The notes beneath the pieces are model-generated. The model did no database searches and was not told the DNA's origin. It saw only the letters and a program-made list of their open reading frames with translations. A stretch of DNA of 64,000 nt from Candidatus Staskawiczbacteria bacterium. Its GTDB lineage: Bacteria > Patescibacteriota > Minisyncoccia > Minisyncoccales > Staskawiczbacteraceae. The position numbers were made by a program, and so were the translations under genes. Position 1 is the stretch's first letter. Every line of letters begins with the position of its first letter. Below are positions 57,674 to 64,000 of the stretch, one piece after another. The stretch covers positions 370 to 64,369 of the forward strand of contig JAPLYZ010000007.1 of assembly GCA_026395295.1 (NCBI GenBank). Reading direction: 5' to 3'.

Positions 57674-57886
57674 TTAAATTGCCGCGATTTTTGCCATAAA
57701 ATAGTCAAACTTTTCCTTGCTCATCTGAATAACCGACTTTGGCTTTCTGGAAATCTTTTTTCGCTTGGCAGCAACTTTTTTCCCTTGCCTCGCCGTAGCT
57801 TTACGCGAAGGCGAGTTCTTCGTGACAACTTTTCTCTTTTTCGCAACCACCTTTTTCTTAGTTGCGACTTTTTTGACTTTTTTCAT
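57674..57886 (-). CDS. Small Lys/Arg-rich histone-H1-like protein
   Basis: KKVATKKKVVAKKRK...KKVAAKRK repeats; terminator-like stem at about 57635..57667. Confidence 0.6.
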   Translation of the reverse strand: MKKVKKVATKKKVVAKKRKVVTKNSPSRKATARQGKKVAAKRKKISRKPKSVIQMSKEKFDYFMAKIAAI

Positions 57887-57983
57887 AATTTCAGGACTAC
57901 TAATTTACCGATCAGTACGAATATACTAATTACGAATTCGTATATTAGTAAAAAATTAGTAAGTCGTAGTCTTGTCGCAACTT

Positions 57984-58412
57984 TTATATTTCCTCTATTC
58001 TTTTCTTAAGGACAGAATTGTTTTTCTTCCTTAGTTCTTTTATCTCTTCGTCATGTTCTAACCTCATCTTTCTCTCCTTCTCTTCCAGCTGATGTGCCAA
58101 TTCTATAAACTCGGGCGTGCCCCTGCTTGACAACGCATTTATGTACGCCTCCCTGTTATTTTGAAATATTTCATCTCTAAGACTATTAAGTTTTTCCAGG
58201 CGAGCATAAAGGCGTTCTTTTATTTTATCCGCCTCAACATCAAAATTAAATTCTGTTTCTTCGACCTTAGGCTCTGTTGCTCCTTCAACAGAATCCACAC
58301 TTGTTTCTGCCGGAATTGCACTTTCCGGAACAGGTGCTTCTGCTCCTTGAGCCGGCACCCCCTCCTCTGGAGGCAATTCTTCTCCCTCTTTTCTTAATAC
58401 TTCTCCGTTCAT
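57984..58412 (-). CDS. Hypothetical acidic / coiled-coil protein
   Basis: 142-aa ORF with E/P-rich N-terminus. Confidence 0.6.
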   Translation of the reverse strand: MNGEVLRKEGEELPPEEGVPAQGAEAPVPESAIPAETSVDSVEGATEPKVEETEFNFDVEADKIKERLYARLEKLNSLRDEIFQNNREAYINALSSRGTPEFIELAHQLEEKERKMRLEHDEEIKELRKKNNSVLKKRIEEI

Positions 58413-58420
58413 AATTTTAC

Positions 58421-58458
58421 CGTACCCTAAATTTAGAACGTTCTATTTTTAGGGTATG
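58421..58458. repeat. Solo near-perfect 38-bp palindrome
   Basis: cgtaccctaaa-tt-tagaac|gttcta-tt-tttagggtatg. Confidence 0.75.
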
Positions 58459-58503
58459 CTTAGTTTTTTTGTATTTTCGACCTTTTTTATTTATTTATAT
58501 TTA

Positions 58504-59427
58504 TTATACCAACTTTGTGGCGATTACGGTAATTTTTATTTCACCTTTTTTGAGTTCCTTGTCTTTTACTGCGCCAAAAATTATTTGAGCCTTAGGGTCA
58601 ACATTTTTGGTAATAACTTTGGCGGCTTCTTGAATCTCATTCAAAGTTATATCATTTCCCGAAACAGAAAACAAAACTCCTTTTGCCCCCTTGATTGAAA
58701 AATCCAAAAGTGGAGAACTAATTGCTATTTCTGCTGCCCGAACCGCGCGATTTTCTCCCAATGCTTTGCCCACTCCAAAAAGCGCTTGGCCGGAATTCTT
58801 CATAACAGATAAAACCGATGCAAAATCAATGTTTATAATTCCCGGCACTAAAATTAAATCAGTTATTGATTGAGCAGCTTCCCGTAAAATATCGTCACAG
58901 ATTAAAAAGGCGCTTGATACAGTAGTTTTTTCATCTATAACTTTCAAAAGCTTGTCATTGGAAATTACCAGCAAAGAGTCAACCTTGCCTGTTAAATTTT
59001 TCAAAGCTGTTTTGGCAACTTCTTTTCTCTCTTGACCTTCAAAAGAAAAAGGAGTTGTAACAACCGCAATAGTTAAAATTCCAAGTCCTTTTGCAAGCTC
59101 GGCAACAACAGGCGAAGCTCCGCTTCCGGTTCCTCCCCCAAGTCCGCAAGTTACAAAAACCATATCTGCCCCCTTCAAGTTTTCCAAAATTTCCTGTTTA
59201 GATTCTTCCGCTGACTTTCTGCCTAACTCCGCATCCATTCCAGTGCCAAGCCCCTTTGTGGTGTCTTTTCCAATTAGGATTTTTTTATGGCTTTTTGAAA
59301 AATACAAAGCCTGCGCGTCTGTGTTCACCGCCAGCAATTCAACTTCCTGCATCTGAAATTTCGCCATTCTTGAAACAGTGTTAGACCCGGATCCTCCCAC
59401 TCCAATAACTTTTATTTTCGGATTCAT
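58504..59427 (-). CDS. ftsZ: Cell division protein FtsZ, lacking the C-terminal tail
   Basis: KVIGVGG, NTDAQAL, GLGGGTGSG, PFSFEG; ends ITVIATKLV. Confidence 0.9.
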   Translation of the reverse strand: MNPKIKVIGVGGSGSNTVSRMAKFQMQEVELLAVNTDAQALYFSKSHKKILIGKDTTKGLGTGMDAELGRKSAEESKQEILENLKGADMVFVTCGLGGGTGSGASPVVAELAKGLGILTIAVVTTPFSFEGQERKEVAKTALKNLTGKVDSLLVISNDKLLKVIDEKTTVSSAFLICDDILREAAQSITDLILVPGIINIDFASVLSVMKNSGQALFGVGKALGENRAVRAAEIAISSPLLDFSIKGAKGVLFSVSGNDITLNEIQEAAKVITKNVDPKAQIIFGAVKDKELKKGEIKITVIATKLV

Positions 59428-59432
59428 GAGTA

Positions 59433-60653
59433 TTAGGGTTTGAATGCCCTGAAGAATTTCTTCAACATAGAGCCTACATTCCCAGCAACTCCCAGTATAC
59501 CCTCTTCTGGGTCAAAATCAACCCCCTCAAGCGCCAAACCCACAACAGTGGCTAAGGCAGGGTCGTCTTGCAAACCGATAATGCCTTGTGGCGTTCCAAT
59601 TTCGCAGGCGAGTTTTAAAGTTTCTTTTGTGAGTTCTCTTATTTTCGGCATTTTGGCGCCTCCTCCGGTCAAAACAATTCCACCGGGCAACATTTCCTGA
59701 CGGTTAATTTTTTTCAGCTCTTTCTGAATTAAGTCTAAAATTTCAGAAACTCTTGGCTCAATAATGTCCACTAAATTTTTCTTTGTGAAATTAAGAGAAG
59801 ACGATTTATCAAAAACTTCAATTTTTTTTCTTGACTGATCTTTTTTGTCTTTTTCGCTTCTGGCGAACATACAGGTGCCGTGCTGTTTTTTTATTGACTC
59901 GGCAATTGCCACTTCTGTTTTGAGCCCTATGGCAATGTCATTTGTGATGTTGGCTGACCCAATTGGAAAAACAGCCAGGTGTAACAATTCCCCCTCTTCA
60001 AAAACCGCCAAAGAAGTTGTGGCAGCCCCAATGTCAATTAAAGCAACTCCCAGTTCTTTTTGTTGCGGAGTCAAAACAGCGTTAGCGGCCGCCAGCGGAG
60101 AAGGAATTACGTCGCTTATCTGCAATTTTGCATTTAAAACCGACTGAGTTAATTTTACAAAGTAAGGAGAAAAAACACATAACAACAAAACTTTTGCCTC
60201 AAGCCTCACGCCGGTTAAATCTTCCGGCTGTTTTATACCCTTCTGGTCGTCAATAATATATTCTCTCGGAAAAACATCCAGCACTTCTTCGTTTGAGGGA
60301 ATATTTATAGCTCTTGTTGCCTGTAAAACTCTTTCAATGTCTTCTTTAGAAATCCTGTTGTCAGCCCTGGAAACAGAAATTATTCCGTCCGATGGCGTAA
60401 CATAAAGATGACTGCCTCCAATGTTCACAAAAACAGAATTAATTTTTCTATTGCAATCTTTTTCTATGCCAGACATTATCATCTGCACATTTTTTGTTGT
60501 TTCCTCAACCGAAACCACAGCGCCCTTTCGAAGCCCAAAAGAAGGAACTTCCGCATATGACAAAACCTCCCAGTCTTTAGACTTTCTCTGGGCAACCAGC
60601 GCCTTGATGCTATATGTTCCAATATCTAAACCTGCAACAATATTTCCTTTCAT
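59433..60653 (-). CDS. ftsA: Cell division protein FtsA
   Basis: GLDIGT, IDIGAATT, ITNDIA, VLTGGGAK. Confidence 0.95.
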   Translation of the reverse strand: MKGNIVAGLDIGTYSIKALVAQRKSKDWEVLSYAEVPSFGLRKGAVVSVEETTKNVQMIMSGIEKDCNRKINSVFVNIGGSHLYVTPSDGIISVSRADNRISKEDIERVLQATRAINIPSNEEVLDVFPREYIIDDQKGIKQPEDLTGVRLEAKVLLLCVFSPYFVKLTQSVLNAKLQISDVIPSPLAAANAVLTPQQKELGVALIDIGAATTSLAVFEEGELLHLAVFPIGSANITNDIAIGLKTEVAIAESIKKQHGTCMFARSEKDKKDQSRKKIEVFDKSSSLNFTKKNLVDIIEPRVSEILDLIQKELKKINRQEMLPGGIVLTGGGAKMPKIRELTKETLKLACEIGTPQGIIGLQDDPALATVVGLALEGVDFDPEEGILGVAGNVGSMLKKFFRAFKP

Positions 60654-60673
60654 CGCTAATTTTTAGTTTTAAT

Positions 60674-61096
60674 TTATTTTAATAAATAAAAATCTTGTTT
60701 CTCTTCCATTTTCTTCGCCTCCTTCTCGGATTTTTCATGGTCGTATCCGCATAGATGCAAAATTCCATGAACAAAAACTTTCAGCATTTCTTTTTTAAAA
60801 CTAACTCCATATTTCTTGGCATTTTTTTTGACAACTGCCGGACAAATAACCACCTCGCCCAAAAGATTACCTTCTTTCAATTCAAAAGAAAGAACGTCTG
60901 TTGGCTTGTTCTTTTGGCGAAATTCATCGTTAAGCTTTTTCATCTCTGCCTCGTTAACAAATGCAACAGAGATTGTTTCCCTGCCTGCCGGCCGGCAGGT
61001 GTTTCTTCTATTTTCGCCTAATAACACTTTTTTTGCAACTGTGGAAAATTTCTTTTTATCCACAGGAAAATTTGTGAGGTTATTTATCTCAATCAT
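60674..61096 (-). CDS. ybeY: rRNA maturation RNase YbeY
   Basis: PTDVLSF, HGILHLCGYDH. Confidence 0.95.
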   Translation of the reverse strand: MIEINNLTNFPVDKKKFSTVAKKVLLGENRRNTCRPAGRETISVAFVNEAEMKKLNDEFRQKNKPTDVLSFELKEGNLLGEVVICPAVVKKNAKKYGVSFKKEMLKVFVHGILHLCGYDHEKSEKEAKKMEEKQDFYLLK

Positions 61097-61755
61097 TTGG
61101 TAAAGCTAAAACTGGAAATAATTTTATTAAACGTCTCGGCATAATTTAATCTTAATTTCGCCTCATTTTTTTTGTCACTGGGCGAAATATAAATATACTC
61201 GCTGATTTTGTATTGGAGATTGTTATGAAAAAGATAAAGCTGTTTTATTTTTCCAAAGTCAGGAGAATCTAAAAAGTCTTCCATTGCATTCTCGCCGGCT
61301 ATCGTAATATCGCCTGGATAGTTTCCAGTTTTATTCTTCGTGCTATCAGAGATGCAACCTATGGTAATTTCCAGAATAGTCCCGCTTGGAAAGCCAACTA
61401 TCGTGTATCCATTGCCCGTTGAGTTGTCCGGGTATTTAGAGCTTCTAAATCTGAACGCTCCTATCTCTCGCGCAGGAGCTCCAACCAGCCTGTCTGCCCT
61501 GCATTCTGTTAAAATTTTAGCGATGTTGTCTTCCGGATAAAGAGTTTTTTCTTCTGCAACCCAGTTGGCTGGCGCTTGCAATTTCAAACCATAATATTTA
61601 TTTTCAAGAAGATATGTATGCGTTTTATTGGCAAAAAAATTAGCATATAAAAAATAACCCAAAACAGACACTGCTAAAATAGCCAACAAAATAACCAAAA
61701 CAATTATAAAAAGTTTTTTACTTTTCTTTGCAGAAGTTTTGCGATGTTTTGTCAT
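61093..61755 (-). CDS. Single-TM exported hypothetical protein
   Basis: Basic N-terminus, TM segment, C-terminal FNKIISSFSF; likely start 61755. Confidence 0.65.
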   Translation of the reverse strand: MTKHRKTSAKKSKKLFIIVLVILLAILAVSVLGYFLYANFFANKTHTYLLENKYYGLKLQAPANWVAEEKTLYPEDNIAKILTECRADRLVGAPAREIGAFRFRSSKYPDNSTGNGYTIVGFPSGTILEITIGCISDSTKNKTGNYPGDITIAGENAMEDFLDSPDFGKIKQLYLFHNNLQYKISEYIYISPSDKKNEAKLRLNYAETFNKIISSFSFTK

Positions 61756-61822
61756 TACTCTATTATACACCAATCTAAAGAAAAACAAAAAAAGAGCGGA
61801 CGCACCTGCGACCGCTTGGTTA

Positions 61823-63015
61823 TCAATAGCTCACTCGCGCGCTGGCAAAAGCAGCTTTGATGTCGTCGGCAATTGCTTCCACATTAGCGGAGGCAACTGC
61901 ATAACGGATGTAAGGAGGAAAGTGAACTCCGACAAGGCCGGCGTTCTCAATCATCGTAAAATTGAAGTCTCTGGCGTCTTTAATTTCTTTGCCGAAAGCG
62001 CGTTTCGGCGTCTGCCAAAGAGTGAAGAACCCTGCCTGAGGCTCTAACGCAAGACGCATTCCTGCATTGGTCAGAATTTGGCACAACAGGGACACCCTAC
62101 GCTGATAACGTTCTGCCACAGCCCGAATTAGGACTTTTTCATTTTCCAAAGCATAGAGTGCTCCGACTGCTAAAGGCGCGGCAAATCCGCTGTCAATGTT
62201 TCCTTTGACGGTTTTGATGTCACCGATGAAATCAGGCGACCCTGCCATAGCTCCTACGCGCCATCCGGTTCCATTGGCAATGAGTTTAGAAGCAGAAAAC
62301 GCTTCGGCCCAAGACAAATTGGGAAAACTGGTGGCAACGTCGGTAAGGGTTATGCTTTCACCATAGCTCAAAGCAGAGTAGGCCGCGTCATTGAAAAGCC
62401 TGGTGCCGTTCTTCTCACACCATTGGCAAAGCGATTCCAGCCATTCTCTGTTGGCAACTGCCCCGCTTGGATTGTGTGGATAATTCATCATCACCAACCC
62501 GGGTAATGAAGAACTCATAACGCGTACGAAATCACGTGGATCAAAAAGAAATTTGTTTTCCGGAGTCATTTCCGGCTCAAAAACTCCCTTGCCCAAAGAC
62601 CTACACCTGTCTCTTGGCGTCGGATAGCCGGGATTAGTAGTTGTTGCAACCACCTTCAATCCGGCGCCACACGCCTCAATAATAACTCCCAGCATGGGTT
62701 TGATTCCGGGGATTGGCAGGAAATCAACGTCTGCTCCCTCCTCATAAAATCCCTTCTTCAAATGGCCAGCCACAAACCTTCTGGCAAAGTCAGGAACCCC
62801 GGGGGACGCGTTGTCCTGATATTCGTGCATGGATATTCTTCTTCAGACATCACGGCTTGTGCCGCAGCCCGTCGGGCGCTAAACAAAGCAGGACCTGACG
62901 GCTGACCAATGGAAAGCTTTATCAGCTTAACGCCATTTTGCTGGGCTTGGGCAGACACGGCTTTGATTTCCTGGAACAAATTTGTTCCACCTGTTGGTAA
63001 CTTCGATTCTCTCAT
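61823..63015 (-). pseudogene. Class I/II PLP aminotransferase (LL-DAP aminotransferase-like), frameshifted near 62835
   Basis: ORF 62758..63015 gives the N-terminus (LIKLSIGQP); ORF 61823..62830 gives NYPHNPSG, DAAY, SASK, GWRVG; junction reads GAA GAA GAA TA TCC ATG CAC. Confidence 0.75.
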
Positions 63016-63048
63016 TTTCGTATTTCCTTTCTGGTTCTTCGATTGTTG

Positions 63049-64000
63049 TTATTTAAGTCCTGGCGGAAAAACTATCGCACGAAATAAATCTCCGACTTTC
63101 TCCGCTCGCCGAATCATAACAACGTTTTTGTTAGTGCCATCCTGGTCCAACAGTCCGGCTATCCGCGTGCGACCGTTGTAATTATCAGCCATGGCTCCTG
63201 AATGCGCGCCGGCGTTTCCTGCGACTAAAATGTCTCCGCGCCGAACAGATTTTGGCAGAAGACGCTCTTTGTCAACCGGCGTAAGCCTATCCCAATTCTC
63301 GCACTTCGGACCAACCACGTTGGCAAGATGCCGAGGACCGCTCCGCAACTTTCCATCTGGGGATAGCACATCAATGTGATGATGAGCGCCGTAGAAAGCC
63401 GGGCGCGGACAACCGGTCATTGCCGCTGCAACCCCGATGAAATGCCGATACTTCTGCATAACATGCAAAACCGGATTCACCAGGATTCCGTGGGGACCTG
63501 TAACAAAGCGGCCACACTCAGTAAAAAGCGATGGCATCCAGCCGTATTGACTGTGAAAATCGCGAAAAAGTTTGCTGATTTTTCCGCCGATCCATTCCAA
63601 ATGAAGTTCAGGGTCAGTCGGAAGATAGGGAATACCAAATCCCCCGCCAATGTTGATAAACTCAATCCTGATTACGAGTTTCCGATAAATATGGGCAGCG
63701 ACTTCCAGCATTGAACGGGTCGTTTCCACAAAATATGACGAGTGGCGTTCGTTTGAGCAAATCATTGTGTGGAGACCGAAGTGCTTGGCTCCGCAACCCA
63801 TCGCCGCCGCGTAGGCAGGAATAATCTGTCCGTAGGTTATGCCGTACTTTGATTTATACGGCTCGCCGATGATTGCTCCGCCTTTCCGCAATTTCCCGGG
63901 GTTAATCCGAAAACAAACTGTTTCCGGAAATTTCGGAACCAGCGGAATAAAAGTGATGTCATCCAAGTTCAGGATGCAACCACCGTCGGCTGATGCACAC
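63049..64000 (-). CDS. lysA: Diaminopimelate decarboxylase (5' end beyond the window)
   Basis: ILNLDD, FRINPG, SKYG, INIGGGFG, ECGR, VGPKCE, GAH...NYNG; frame open to the window edge. Confidence 0.85.
   Translation of the reverse strand, partial: CASADGGCILNLDDITFIPLVPKFPETVCFRINPGKLRKGGAIIGEPYKSKYGITYGQIIPAYAAAMGCGAKHFGLHTMICSNERHSSYFVETTRSMLEVAAHIYRKLVIRIEFINIGGGFGIPYLPTDPELHLEWIGGKISKLFRDFHSQYGWMPSLFTECGRFVTGPHGILVNPVLHVMQKYRHFIGVAAAMTGCPRPAFYGAHHHIDVLSPDGKLRSGPRHLANVVGPKCENWDRLTPVDKERLLPKSVRRGDILVAGNAGAHSGAMADNYNGRTRIAGLLDQDGTNKNVVMIRRAEKVGDLFRAIVFPPGLK

Noticed and set aside
56801..61064. DnaA boxes as a replication origin
   Set aside because: Only isolated boxes (56801 and one inside ybeY); no cluster and no dnaA
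12..63714. Numerous short ORFs antisense to or overlapping recognised genes (e.g. 3728..4222, 40686..41159, 43471..43884)
   Set aside because: Shadow frames of well-supported genes with no motifs or expression signals

Overview
A low-GC bacterial chromosomal segment. Gene content (S-layer-like protein, DUF5667, wHTH-Cas2/PaaX-like genes, class III RNR, many leaderless-looking starts) suggests Patescibacteria/CPR, Parcubacteria-like; this assignment is inference. Genes lie mostly on the minus strand and use the standard code. 1-24.3 kb is a surface-glycan cluster (GT4/GT2, methyltransferases, Wzx, CDP-sugar and nonulosonic-acid enzymes, O-antigen-ligase/TPR). 24.3-31.2 kb holds a beta-lactamase-like protein, an S-layer-like protein, DUF5667, an ECF sigma and a DeoR-like HTH. 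The rest is housekeeping genes (rlmN, clpB with CIRCE, htrA, comEC, nrdDG, ftsAZ, ybeY, lysA) mixed with accessory genes. No CRISPR array, tRNA, rRNA or classical transposase was seen. Main findings: (1) two wHTH-Cas2/PaaX-like genes, each bracketed by its own pair of ~36-42 bp palindromes with TAGT...ACTA outer ends, plus solo palindromes of similar design, a candidate undescribed mobile or regulatory cassette; (2) short palindromes inserted in frame in conserved proteins, three in RlmN alone; (3) an aromatic leader-peptide attenuator upstream of an orphan DAHP-synthase regulatory domain; (4) a promoter-driven structured small RNA convergent on a RelE/colicin-like RNase gene; (5) a tailless FtsZ with an altered T7 loop. 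All family calls come from motif recognition by eye; no searches were run.
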